NCBI GenBank assembly: GCA_048468815.1
Contig: DBGBSM010000366.1
Location: 1-54,045 of the forward strand
Direction: 5' to 3'
DNA: 54,045 nucleotides
Source: Parabacteroides sp.
Lineage (GTDB): Bacteria > Bacteroidota > Bacteroidia > Bacteroidales > Tannerellaceae
A program made the translations under genes and the position numbers. Position 1 is the stretch's first letter. Every line of letters starts with the position of its first letter. Positions 28,617 through 38,838 of this stretch are shown one piece after another. The notes below the pieces were generated by a model, which did no database searches, was not told where the DNA came from, and was given only the letters and a program-made list of their open reading frames with translations.

Positions 28617-30389
28617 ATGAAAACTCATATAAAAACGCTATTCGGATTGGCCGCGGGAGCGCTCTTGTTCACCGCCTGTAACGATTCCTTCCTCGACCGG
28701 AATCCGACCCACGACCTGGGAGACAACGATTTCTGGCATACGGCCAACGACCTGGAAGTATACAACAACGGGATTTACAACCAAGCGGGTGATAACGACG
28801 ATTATATGTTCCTGGTAGGATTTACCAACGACCCGTATAACAGTTCGGCCTGGAGTGCGATAGCCTGCGAAGCGCAAACCGATAATTTCGCTTCCCTGTC
28901 GTCGGCACAGCAATGGGCTACCAAAATCGGCGCAGGCCAGGAAACGGTTCCCAACAACCCCGACCGGGGCGGTTGGAAATGGGATTTGCTGCGCCGCTGC
29001 AACGTATTCTTCGAAAACTACCAGAAAGCGGACGTTCCGGATATTACCAAACAGCAGTATGCCGGCGAAGTGTATTTCTTCCGCGCCTGGTTCTACCTCG
29101 ACAAAGTGCAGAAGTACGGCGACGTGCCGTATGTAACGAAAGCGCTGGATACCGATTCGCCCGAACTGTACGGCAAACGCACTCCGCGGAAAGACGTAAT
29201 GGACTCGGTACTGGTCGACATCGACAAGGCTTGCGCTTATTTGCCGGTCGCCTGGGATAAAAGCAAACCCAACCGGGTAGACAAAGGCACCGCCTTAGCG
29301 CTGAAGTCGCGTATCTGCCTGTACGAAGGCACCTACCGCAAATACCATAACCTGGGCGATTACGAAAAGTACTTGCAGGAAGCGGTGAAAGCATCGCAAG
29401 ACTTGATAGCACTCGACAAGTATGAAGTGTACAATACGGGCAAGCCGGAAAGCGATTACACGGCGCTGTTCTCGAGCCCGGATTTATCGACCAACCCGGA
29501 AGTGATTTTCTACCGTAAATACGAAGCGGGCGTACTGGGCAACCGGATGAGCGGCTACATCGTATTGATGAACGCCGGCGCCACCAAGGATTTCGTCGAC
29601 GACTTCCTGTGCCTCGACAACGACGGCGAAGCGCGCCCGGTAAGCCTGAGCACGGATTATAAGGACGATACCTACCAGCACGTACTTACCAACCGCGACC
29701 CGCGGCTTACCCAAACCATCCTCGACCCGCTGAAAGCAAAAGACGTTTTGTTCAACCAAGATAAATACAAATTCCCGATCCTGAACGGTATGGACGGTTG
29801 GAAAACGACCACCGGTTACCATGTAATCAAGTATTACAACAAGGATGAAGATGCCAAGGGTTACGGAAACGAAGGTACCGATGCGCCGCTGTTCCGCTAC
29901 GCCGAAGTGTTGTTGAACCTGGCCGAAGCAAAAGCCGAATTAGGCACCATCAGCCAAACGGATTTGGATAATACGGTAAACCTGTTGCGCGAACGGGCCG
30001 GCATGCCGGACCTGACGCTGACCCCGCCGATGGACCCGAAATATGCCGGCGAAGGCATCTCTTCGTTGCTGGTTGAAATCCGCCGGGAAAGAAGGGTGGA
30101 ACTGTCGTTCGAGATGAGCCGTTACCCGGACTTGATGCGCTGGAAATGGGGCAAACGTTTAGCCGAGCCGATGCTGGGCATGCGTTTCGAAGAAGCCGAC
30201 AGCCAAAGCGAACAATTCAAGAATGCCAATGTGCAAACGGTGGAAGTGAACGGTAAGCATTACATCGACGCTTTTGCCGGAAACGACTTCGGGAAACGGG
30301 TATTCGACGAAGAGAAACATTACCTGCACCCGATACCGGTGAACGTACGTTCCAAGAACCCGGAATTAGGGCAGAACCCGAAATGGTAA
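28617..30389 (+). CDS. susD: SusD/RagB family lipoprotein
   Basis: Lipobox FTAC; FFRAWFY..YGDVP, FRYAEVLLN and EIRRERRVEL motifs. Confidence 0.95.
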   Translation: MKTHIKTLFGLAAGALLFTACNDSFLDRNPTHDLGDNDFWHTANDLEVYNNGIYNQAGDNDDYMFLVGFTNDPYNSSAWSAIACEAQTDNFASLSSAQQWATKIGAGQETVPNNPDRGGWKWDLLRRCNVFFENYQKADVPDITKQQYAGEVYFFRAWFYLDKVQKYGDVPYVTKALDTDSPELYGKRTPRKDVMDSVLVDIDKACAYLPVAWDKSKPNRVDKGTALALKSRICLYEGTYRKYHNLGDYEKYLQEAVKASQDLIALDKYEVYNTGKPESDYTALFSSPDLSTNPEVIFYRKYEAGVLGNRMSGYIVLMNAGATKDFVDDFLCLDNDGEARPVSLSTDYKDDTYQHVLTNRDPRLTQTILDPLKAKDVLFNQDKYKFPILNGMDGWKTTTGYHVIKYYNKDEDAKGYGNEGTDAPLFRYAEVLLNLAEAKAELGTISQTDLDNTVNLLRERAGMPDLTLTPPMDPKYAGEGISSLLVEIRRERRVELSFEMSRYPDLMRWKWGKRLAEPMLGMRFEEADSQSEQFKNANVQTVEVNGKHYIDAFAGNDFGKRVFDEEKHYLHPIPVNVRSKNPELGQNPKW

Positions 30390-30421
30390 ACCCGGAGTGA
30401 GCGTAGATAATTCGAGAAAGC

Positions 30422-30448
30422 GAACACAGAGACACGGAAACACAGAGC
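30422..30448 (-). repeat. CTCTGTG-type 8-bp-period short repeat
   Basis: Reverse complement matches 40269-40295 at 24/27. Confidence 0.7.
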
Positions 30449-30889
30449 TCCGGTTACGAACAAGCCGGAATGCGGCGTTTTTTTGTTTCCATGCTCACCC
30501 CTTTATAAACTGTACTAAATAATACGCTTTCCGGACACTCTTTTAACATAACGAAGGCACAACGACCGAACGGAAACCATGCACCTGTACACTCAGGAAC
30601 GCTTTTCCCGCCCTGTCGGATGTGCCTTCGTTTTTTTCATGCCGCCCGGTTGCTTTTATTTGCTATCTTTGCCCCGGTGCTCGGTTTGCACTATCTTGGC
30701 CTTATAGAACGAAGCCAGACTGCACTGCGACATAACCGGGTGAACTCGCTTCTGTTTCTCCGGCATGGCCGGTTCTTGCTACCGCGAACCAAAGGCCGGA
30801 TTGGTACTGCTTTGACAACTTATGAGATAATTTTATTCATACAGTCCGGTGGCGCCCCGTATTTTTGCTACCGGTAAATTGAAAAACAC

Positions 30890-33004
30890 ATGAAAAAACG
30901 AACAAACTGCTTGATTGCTCTTTTAGCCTGCTTCAGTGTGCTCGCACAAGCCGGAGGCAGGGAAATCACCTCGTTCAACGCTGACTGGTTGTTTAAAAAA
31001 GGCCCTTTCCCCACCGAACTGCTGAGTGCCGTGCGCCAGTGGGACGCCTCGTGGAAACCGGTGGATTTGCCTCATACCTGGAACGCAGTAGACATGCAGG
31101 TGAAGGCCGACGACTTTTATGCAGGGCCGGCCTACTATAAAAAACAGTGTTTCTTTCCCGAAGAGATAAAAAACAAACGCGTATTCCTCCGTTTCGAAGG
31201 GGTGGGCGCCGTAGCCGAAGTATATGTAAACGGTACGCTGGCCGGCACGCACAAAGGTGGTTACTCGGCCTTCGCCGTGGAAATGACCTCCTTGTTGAAA
31301 CCGGGTGCCGAGAACGAAATCGTCGTGAAAGCCGACAACGCTTCGCGCCCGGACGTGATTCCGGTAAACCACGTGTTGTTCGGGGTATACGGCGGCATTT
31401 ACCGGCCGGTTTGGCTCGTGGTAACCGACCCGTGCAACATTACGGTAACGGACTGCGCTTCGCCGGGCGTATATATCACCCAGAAAAACGTATCGAAAAA
31501 ACAGGCCGACGTAACGGTAAAGGTAAAGCTGGATAACGCGACCCTTCAACCGGTACCGGTGGTTCTGGAAAACACGGTGTATACGCAGGAAGGAAAGAAG
31601 GTGGTTTCCGAGTCGCGCCGCATCGACCTGACGCCGCAGGGAACGCAGGCTTTCGAAACCTCCTTTACCATCAAGCATCCTACCCTTTGGCAGGGACGCG
31701 AGAATCCGTATTTATATAAGGTGGTATCGCGCTTGCTCCGCGATAACCGGGTAATCGACGAGGTGGCGCAACCGCTGGGATTACGCAAATACGAAATCGT
31801 AGCCGGAAAAGGGTTTTACCTGAACGGGATAAAATATCCGATGTACGGCGTAACGCGCCACCAGGACTGGTGGGGCTTGGGAAGCGCCTTGCTGAACGAA
31901 CATCACGACGCCGACCTGGCTACCATTATGGATGTGGGCGCCACCACGGTGCGTTTCGCGCATTACCAGCAATCGGATTACCTGTACTCGCGTTGCGACA
32001 GCCTGGGACTGATTATCTGGGCCGAAATCCCGTTCGTGAACCGCGTAACCGGGCAGGAGGCCGAAAACGCCCGTAACCAGTTGCGCGAAATGATCCGGCA
32101 AAGCTTCAACCATCCTTCCATCTATGTATGGGGGTTGCACAACGAAGTATACCAGCCGCACGAGTATACTTCGACCCTCACGCAATCGCTCCACGACCTG
32201 GCCAAGACGGAAGACCCGGACCGCTACACGGTTTCGGTAAACGGTTACGGGCACATGGAACATCCGGTGAACCTGAACGCCGACATCCAGGGGATGAACC
32301 GGTATTTCGGCTGGTACGAGAAGAAAATACACGACATCGAACCGTGGGTGGAAGAGCTCGAAAAGAAATACCCCTACCAGAAGTTGATGCTTACCGAATA
32401 CGGCGCCGACGCCAACCTGCGTCACCAAACGGAATACCTGGGCGAATCGCTGAACTGGGGGAAAGAGTTCTACCCGGAAACGTTCCAGACCAAGACGCAT
32501 GAGTATCAGTGGAGCGTTATCGCCTCGCATCCGTATATCATCGCCTCGTACCTGTGGAACACGTTCGATTTCTGCGCTCCGCTCTGGACACGCGGCGGTG
32601 TGCCGGCCCGCAACATGAAGGGATTGGTTACGTTCGACCGGAAAATCAAGAAGGATTCGTACTTCTGGTACAAGGCGAACTGGAGCAAAGAACCGGTATT
32701 ATACCTCACGCAACGGCGTAACACCGACCGGGAAAAACAGGTTACTTCGGTAACGGTATACAGTAACGTAGGTACACCGCAGGTATTCCTGAACGGGAAA
32801 GAGTTACAAAACGTACGGAAAGGATACACCGACGTACACTACATCTTCGACCCGGTAACCCTGGCCCACGGCGTAAACACCTTGAAAGCGGTGGTCGTAA
32901 AAGACGGGGACACCTACGAAGACAGCATCGAATGGAAGTACACCGGCGAGAAGAAAAGGGAAGTGGATACGTTTGAGAACACGGGGGCGCATGCCGGGTT
33001 CTGA
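30890..33004 (+). CDS. Glycoside hydrolase family 2 (beta-galactosidase/glucuronidase-like), secreted
   Basis: LPHTWN, LRFEGV, YGGIYRPV, NHPSIYVWGLHNE (acid/base) and LTEYG (nucleophile) motifs. Confidence 0.92.
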   Translation: MKKRTNCLIALLACFSVLAQAGGREITSFNADWLFKKGPFPTELLSAVRQWDASWKPVDLPHTWNAVDMQVKADDFYAGPAYYKKQCFFPEEIKNKRVFLRFEGVGAVAEVYVNGTLAGTHKGGYSAFAVEMTSLLKPGAENEIVVKADNASRPDVIPVNHVLFGVYGGIYRPVWLVVTDPCNITVTDCASPGVYITQKNVSKKQADVTVKVKLDNATLQPVPVVLENTVYTQEGKKVVSESRRIDLTPQGTQAFETSFTIKHPTLWQGRENPYLYKVVSRLLRDNRVIDEVAQPLGLRKYEIVAGKGFYLNGIKYPMYGVTRHQDWWGLGSALLNEHHDADLATIMDVGATTVRFAHYQQSDYLYSRCDSLGLIIWAEIPFVNRVTGQEAENARNQLREMIRQSFNHPSIYVWGLHNEVYQPHEYTSTLTQSLHDLAKTEDPDRYTVSVNGYGHMEHPVNLNADIQGMNRYFGWYEKKIHDIEPWVEELEKKYPYQKLMLTEYGADANLRHQTEYLGESLNWGKEFYPETFQTKTHEYQWSVIASHPYIIASYLWNTFDFCAPLWTRGGVPARNMKGLVTFDRKIKKDSYFWYKANWSKEPVLYLTQRRNTDREKQVTSVTVYSNVGTPQVFLNGKELQNVRKGYTDVHYIFDPVTLAHGVNTLKAVVVKDGDTYEDSIEWKYTGEKKREVDTFENTGAHAGF

Positions 33005-33017
33005 TCGCTGGCCGCTG

Positions 33018-33120
33018 GGCTTTCTTTCCGCGGAAAGAAACAAAGGAAGAAAAGAGGGCGGTTCTTTAGCAAAAGAACCTTTGAAGAAAGCTAGGCTTTC
33101 TTTGCGAAGGTTGGCTTTTA
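33018..33120. repeat. Accessory hairpin modules of the repeat family; may also terminate GH2 transcription
   Basis: TTTCTTTCCGCGGAAAGAAA; GGTTCTTTAGCAAAAGAACC; GCTTTCTTTGCGAAGG shared with 39831-39846. Confidence 0.7.
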
Positions 33121-33183
33121 CCTTTTACTAAGCGGTGATAGTCGTTGCCACGACAAGGCTTTTCACTTACTGCGAAGGGTAGC

Positions 33184-33447
33184 TTTAGGCCGTTACCACG
33201 GCGGGTTTTCATTTCTTTTCTCTTGAAAGAAAAGAAACGAAACAAAGAAAAGTTCAAGGGCTGACACCTCGTTCGCTAAAAATGGCACTCCGCTCACTGA
33301 AGGCCCCGAACTCGCTTTCTAAAGAAAGCTCAAACAGCGTGGCCTTCCGGGCGTTCGCTACGTACCATTTTCTTTACGCTCTCTCACTGAGGCCCGGGGT
33401 CCCATACGAAGTGGCCAGTGTTATACAATGCGGTGGAACTGCCGTTC
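33184..33447 (-). repeat. Structured repeat copy R2
   Basis: Close direct match to 39871-40099; diverged inverted partner of R3. Confidence 0.9.
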
Positions 33448-33647
33448 AAACGTTGAGGCCGGTGTTTTTCGATGCGTTAGCCCTATCTCCACCGATGTGG
33501 CAGTACTGAAAATGGCGTGGTGTTAACTCCTGAGGACGGAACGGTAATCAGTCAGGGTACCAACGTGCACTCTGTGTAGTCGAAAGCGGCGTGAAGCGGT
33601 TATCTAATCACTGCCGACAGTACCTATCGGTTCCTGCCTCATCGCCA

Positions 33648-33960
33648 GAACGGCAGTTCCACCGCATGGTATAAAGCCGGCCGCTTCGTATGGCCCACGG
33701 GCCTCGGGCGATGAGCGTTAAGCAGACCGGCTGAAAGAGAGCGTGAAAAAAGCCACGCTGTTTGAGCTCCTGTAAGGAGCGAGTTCGGGGCTTTTAGCGA
33801 GCGAAAGCCGGGATGTAGCGAAGCGGACGTAGCCCTTGACTTTTTTTGCTTCGTTTTTTGGGTCAAGCCAAAAAATGAAGACCGCCGGTAGGCGCCGTCG
33901 GCAGACGCCCTCGCGGCGAGCGAAAAAAAGCCCTTTGTTTCTTTCAGCGGAAAGAAAGCC
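33648..33960 (+). repeat. Structured repeat copy R3 plus flanking modules
   Basis: Inverted relative to R2; 3' part nearly identical to 2-151. Confidence 0.9.
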
Positions 33961-34012
33961 CGGGAGCCAGCGTTCTCCATACTAAACCATTAAATCAGTC
34001 AGTTAGAATAAC

Positions 34013-37000
34013 ATGAAAACGAAACTTCTTTATTCATTCCTCGCTTGCATAACGCTTTGCGCCTACGGAAATACGCCGGCTTCACCGCTCGGCGACCGGC
34101 TCCACCGCGTAACCGAAGAAATGAAATGGGTCAATCCGCAGGCGATGCACCGTTACCTGGCCGATATAAAACGGCATCACGGGGCGGACACGGTTGCACT
34201 CGGGCAAAAATTAATGCGGCTGGAAACCCGGCTACCGGTCGTACAACAATCGCTCGCCACGCCGGCCGATACGGCGCGAGCCATCGGGCAAGCCGAAGAA
34301 CTACTGACGTTAAAGCGGGAAATCATGCTGGCTAACCCGTTACTCGACGGCGACAAAATCCTCGTAGCACGCTACCGGCTGGGCGATAAGGCCCGTAAAG
34401 CGATGGCGCCCGACTTGGGCACCGCCCCCAACAACTGGTCGTCGCTGCTCTCGTCGCGCCGGCGCGGATACGATGCCGAGATAGCGGTACTTTCCGGTTT
34501 ACGGGGCGAACGGCACATGCAAACCGTTTACAAACCGGAATCGGACGTACCGGTTTCCGACATCCAGCTCCATTGGGATGCCGGCCGCATCCTTTTCTCG
34601 TCGCTCGACTCGGCCCGTAAATGGAATATCTACGAAGTCGGCATCGACGGAAAAGGGCTTCGCCAAGCAATCACGATAGACGAGCCCGACCTCGAGTTCT
34701 GCGATGCGAACTACCTGCCTGACGGACGTATCGTTGCCACCACCAATATCGGCTACAACGGCGTACCCTGCGTGCACGGCGACGATAAAGTGGCCAACCT
34801 CGTTTCGTACGACCCGCAAACCGGCCGCATGCAACGGCTTACGTTCGACCAGGACGGAAACTGGAATCCGGTGGTGATTCCGAACGGCCGCATTCTGTAT
34901 ACCCGTTGGGAATACACCGACCTGACGCACTACTTCTCGCGCATGGTGATGCACATGAACCCGGACGGTACCGAAAACAAGGCGCTCTACGGAAGCGGTT
35001 CGTACTTTCCGAACAGCACGTTCGACGTAAAGCCGGTTTCCAACACGAACAACCGGTTTATCGGCATCGTTTCCGGCCACCACGGCATCGCCCGCTCCGG
35101 GCGTCTTATCCTGTTCGACCCCGCCAAAGGACGGCAGGAAGAAAAGGGAATGATACAGGAATTACCTTTCAGTACCCGCCCCATCGTACCGGAAATCAAA
35201 GACGAGCTGGTCGACGGAGTATGGCCGCAATTTATCAAGCCCTACCCGTTGAACGAAACCTATTACCTGGTTGCAGCCAAGCCCTATCCGGATGCTTTAT
35301 GGGGCATCTATTTAACGGATACGTTCGATAATCTCACGCTGATAGCCGAAACCGAAGGCGAAGGATTTATCTCGCCCATCCCGGTGCGGCAAACGGAAAC
35401 CCCGCCGGTGATTCCTTCCAAAATCAAGCCGGGAGAGAAAACCGCAACGGTTTTCATACAGGATATTTACGAAGGAGAAGGCACCCAAGGCGTTCCGCGC
35501 GGTACGGTGAAAGCCCTCCGTGTGTTCGCCTACGAGTATGCGTATGTAAAGGCTCCCTCCGACCACGACGCACAAGGTATCCAGAGCGGATGGGACATCA
35601 AGCGGGTACTGGGAACCGTTCCGGTGGAAGCCGACGGCTCGGCGCTCTTCACCATCCCCGCCAACACGCCGGTTTCGCTCCAGCCGCTCGACGAGCACGG
35701 AGCCGCCGTGCAGTGGATGCGTAGCTGGATTGCCGGGATGCCCGGCGAAATCGTATCGTGCATCGGTTGCCACGAAGACCAGAATAAAATTCCGATTCCC
35801 AAGCGCACGATGGCTTCGCAGATTACGCCGCATAGGTTACAACAGCCCGAAGGCGGCGTACGGCCGTTTACGTTCCGGCTGGAAGTGCAACCGGTGCTCG
35901 ACCGCCACTGTGTATCGTGCCACAACGGCGAAAAAGACATTCCCGACTTCCGGAAAGACCGGATGGTAGTATACAAACGGGGCATCGCCACCAAAATAGA
36001 GCGGCATTTCGACCAAAGTTACCTCGACCTGCATCCGTACGTGTACCGGCAAGGCCCCGAGGCCGACATCCGCGTATTGAAACCCTACGAATATTATGTA
36101 AACAACAGCGAATTGATACGGCTGTTGGAAAACGGCCACCACGGCGTTACCCTGCCGGATGCCGACCGGCGCACGTTGTATACCTGGATCGACCTGAACG
36201 TGCCGTATTTCGGCGCCTTTACCCAACTCGACCTGAAAAAAGAGGCGCCCGCCTGCCAGGTACAGCGCCGGATGGAACTGGCTGAAAAGTACAGCGGGGT
36301 AAAAGTAGACTGGCAAAAGGAAATAGCCGATTATGCCGCCTGGCTGAAAACGCATGCCGGCGAAAATACCGCAACCTCCACACCGGCACCGGCCCCGAAG
36401 CGGCCGGCTACCCCCCGGGTAAAAGGATTTCCTTTCGATGCGGACGCAGCCAAACAGAAACAAAACGGCCGCTCCTCGCGGACACTGACGGTAGCGCCCG
36501 GCCTTACCATCGAATTAGTTTGGATTCCCGCCGGAAAATTCGTGATGGGAGATAACGCCGACCCGTCGGCTTCGCCCGCATTCGCCGCAGAAGTAAAGAA
36601 AGGATTCTGGATGAGCGCCACCGAAATTACAAACGAACAGTTCAACGCCTTATTTCCGGAACACGACAGCCGGTATATCGGTCAGCGCTGGAAAGACCAT
36701 ACCACGCCCGGCTATCCGGCCAATCGCCCGGAACAACCGGTTATCCGGGTAAGCTGGGACGAAGCGAACGCTTTCTGCCTGGCGCTCGGCGAAAAGCACG
36801 AGTGCCGCATCGCGCTGCCTACCGAAACCCAATGGGAATGGGCGGCCCGCGCCGGCTCGGGCGAACCGTTCTGGTACGGCGGTACCGAAGCTGATTTCGG
36901 CGCATACGAGAACCTGGCCGACAGCACGCTGGCAGACCTGGCCGTACAAGGCGTAAACCCGGTTCCGATGTCGGCAACCAACCCGATGCGCGCCTTCTGG

Positions 37001-37306
37001 GATTACCAGCCGAAAGTGAAAGAAGTAACCGACGGACGCCTGATTGCCGGAAGCCCGGCAGCCTACCGCCCCAATCCGTGGGGCTTGTACGATATGCACG
37101 GTAACGTGGCCGAATGGACCTCGTCGGACGCGCAACCGTATCCGCTCGGTAAACGGCCGGCCGACAGGATAGAGAAAAAGGTGGTTCGCGGCGGCTCGTG
37201 GATAGAGCGGCCCCGACAGGCGACGGCAGCGGTGCGTAAGGCTTACTATCCTTGGCAACGTCCTTTTCAGGTGGGTTTCCGGATTGTGATGGAAGAAACG
37301 GAATAA
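34013..37306 (+). CDS. Secreted multidomain protein: beta-propeller/hydrazine-synthase-alpha-like region, two CxxCH motifs, C-terminal FGE/SUMF1-type domain
   Basis: GTVPVEADGSALFTIPANTP, SCIGCHE, HCVSCHN, LPTETQWEWAARAG, NPWGLYDMHGNVAEW, RGGSW and VGFRIV motifs. Confidence 0.8.
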   Translation: MKTKLLYSFLACITLCAYGNTPASPLGDRLHRVTEEMKWVNPQAMHRYLADIKRHHGADTVALGQKLMRLETRLPVVQQSLATPADTARAIGQAEELLTLKREIMLANPLLDGDKILVARYRLGDKARKAMAPDLGTAPNNWSSLLSSRRRGYDAEIAVLSGLRGERHMQTVYKPESDVPVSDIQLHWDAGRILFSSLDSARKWNIYEVGIDGKGLRQAITIDEPDLEFCDANYLPDGRIVATTNIGYNGVPCVHGDDKVANLVSYDPQTGRMQRLTFDQDGNWNPVVIPNGRILYTRWEYTDLTHYFSRMVMHMNPDGTENKALYGSGSYFPNSTFDVKPVSNTNNRFIGIVSGHHGIARSGRLILFDPAKGRQEEKGMIQELPFSTRPIVPEIKDELVDGVWPQFIKPYPLNETYYLVAAKPYPDALWGIYLTDTFDNLTLIAETEGEGFISPIPVRQTETPPVIPSKIKPGEKTATVFIQDIYEGEGTQGVPRGTVKALRVFAYEYAYVKAPSDHDAQGIQSGWDIKRVLGTVPVEADGSALFTIPANTPVSLQPLDEHGAAVQWMRSWIAGMPGEIVSCIGCHEDQNKIPIPKRTMASQITPHRLQQPEGGVRPFTFRLEVQPVLDRHCVSCHNGEKDIPDFRKDRMVVYKRGIATKIERHFDQSYLDLHPYVYRQGPEADIRVLKPYEYYVNNSELIRLLENGHHGVTLPDADRRTLYTWIDLNVPYFGAFTQLDLKKEAPACQVQRRMELAEKYSGVKVDWQKEIADYAAWLKTHAGENTATSTPAPAPKRPATPRVKGFPFDADAAKQKQNGRSSRTLTVAPGLTIELVWIPAGKFVMGDNADPSASPAFAAEVKKGFWMSATEITNEQFNALFPEHDSRYIGQRWKDHTTPGYPANRPEQPVIRVSWDEANAFCLALGEKHECRIALPTETQWEWAARAGSGEPFWYGGTEADFGAYENLADSTLADLAVQGVNPVPMSATNPMRAFWDYQPKVKEVTDGRLIAGSPAAYRPNPWGLYDMHGNVAEWTSSDAQPYPLGKRPADRIEKKVVRGGSWIERPRQATAAVRKAYYPWQRPFQVGFRIVMEETE

Positions 37307-37389
37307 GAAAAAACAGACGAAAGCCGGTCGGTTACCGCCGAGTGCCTGCGGTAAATGCCGCGCTTTCCCTGTTTGTATTCTTCTACCGG

Positions 37390-38838
37390 CTACCTTTCCG
37401 GAAATACCGGAAAAGTAGCCGGCGCTTCCCGTACCGAAGTTTTTTTAGCGGGCACTTCCCACTCGTACCGGGTCTGCGCGGTTTCTTCTATCCATTTTCT
37501 GTAAAAAGCATACACTTCTTTCTGCCGGAACAAAAGCCAATGGCTGCCCGCCAGCAAAAAGGCAATCAATAAAACGGTTCCGCTCTTGTTTACCCAAAAG
37601 GGAAACAAGTCGTTCCGGAAATTCATAAGCCGGCCGGTCGTTTTACTCCCGGAAGAAACGACCGGCCGGTTCGTCTTTGCCGGCACCGTACTGATAACGC
37701 CGATAAAGGTAAGCGTTACCAAAAAAGGAGCCCGCAACAGGGGAAAGGAAAATACGGTGTAAATAAGGGCGGCTATCAAGGCTCCGCAAACATCGGCCAT
37801 GCCTTTCTTATAAGCGGAATAAAAGCAACTGCATAAGATAGCCACCACCAATACCAACGTAAGAATATTAATTTCGCTATGTCCGTCAGGCAAATGTACT
37901 ACGCGGGTGATTTCGGTAAAATACGTAAGAGGGGTTATTTCGAGCACGTCTTCCGGATGCAGGCTAAAGGTGGGCTGGTACCGGAAGAGCCGCATGTCGC
38001 CTTCGACGGTATGGGAAATGTAAATGCCGGAAAACGTAATAAACACGGCTACTGCGACGACCAGCAGCGCATAAGTAAAGGCTACGCTGTGGCTGCGTTT
38101 CATTTTTTTCATCAACTTACCCCAGGAGAAACATTTCCAGGCAATCCATATACACGGAAAGATAGCGGCCAGCCAGGTAGTAAGGCTGATCACGGCCGGG
38201 AGAATCACCATAATGAGCATGAGCGTGGGTAACGCACTGTAAAAAAGAAGGGTGCGAATATCGAGACAATCGGTTTTCCGGCACGAACCGTACCGGAGTA
38301 CCCAGTAAAGACTTACGGGCAAGAGCATGGCCAGGTATCCTCCGTAGGAATCCGAGTTGATAAACGAGCCGGTTAGGTGCGACAAAAAGTGCTTTTCTTC
38401 CGCCAGGTGGAAAAACTGGATAATGCCCAGCAACGCTTCGATGCATCCCAGGCAAAGCAGGATGGAGATAAAGAAAATGCCCAACTCCGGAAACATGGAT
38501 AAGCCGGTACGGAGCATAAACCACAACAAAAGTAATTGCAGGCAAAGCGGAAATTTCTCGGAGGCGTCGATGTTCCATTCGTAAATAACACCGGTAACCA
38601 GCGCCAACAGTACCAGAAGCAAGTCGGTAACCGACAGGCGGAAAGCGAGGTTTTTACGATAGACCAGGGCGGCGAACAACAGGCTTCCTCCCATAAACAG
38701 CAGGGATAAATGCAACCAGCAGCGTTTACCCAACAGCAAGTCGTTGCTCGTTACCGGAAGAATCGCCAGCACGGTGGCGGCCGTAAGCATACTCGCCACG
38801 GCGATCAGCAGGATACTGAGGTAAGAAGTGGAATTCAT
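37390..38838 (-). CDS. O-antigen ligase (Wzy_C)-like membrane protein, divergent
   Basis: Many hydrophobic segments; EALLGIIQ, LTGSFINSDSYGGYLAMLLP and VFSFPL motifs. Confidence 0.6.
   Translation of the reverse strand: MNSTSYLSILLIAVASMLTAATVLAILPVTSNDLLLGKRCWLHLSLLFMGGSLLFAALVYRKNLAFRLSVTDLLLVLLALVTGVIYEWNIDASEKFPLCLQLLLLWFMLRTGLSMFPELGIFFISILLCLGCIEALLGIIQFFHLAEEKHFLSHLTGSFINSDSYGGYLAMLLPVSLYWVLRYGSCRKTDCLDIRTLLFYSALPTLMLIMVILPAVISLTTWLAAIFPCIWIAWKCFSWGKLMKKMKRSHSVAFTYALLVVAVAVFITFSGIYISHTVEGDMRLFRYQPTFSLHPEDVLEITPLTYFTEITRVVHLPDGHSEINILTLVLVVAILCSCFYSAYKKGMADVCGALIAALIYTVFSFPLLRAPFLVTLTFIGVISTVPAKTNRPVVSSGSKTTGRLMNFRNDLFPFWVNKSGTVLLIAFLLAGSHWLLFRQKEVYAFYRKWIEETAQTRYEWEVPAKKTSVREAPATFPVFPER

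Noticed and set aside
30464..30484. Terminator after the right susD
   Set aside because: Only a 4-bp stem precedes the T tract, too weak to call.
33530..33602. Hammerhead-like CTGAGGA...GAAA in the palindrome core
   Set aside because: Stem II would need the core GA, and stems I and III pair poorly; not supportable without a covariance-model hit.
33066..33980. Short ORFs inside repeats (also 60-335, 2246-2473, 39525-39941 and 39794-40072)
   Set aside because: They are translations of repeat DNA, and the frames are not conserved between copies.
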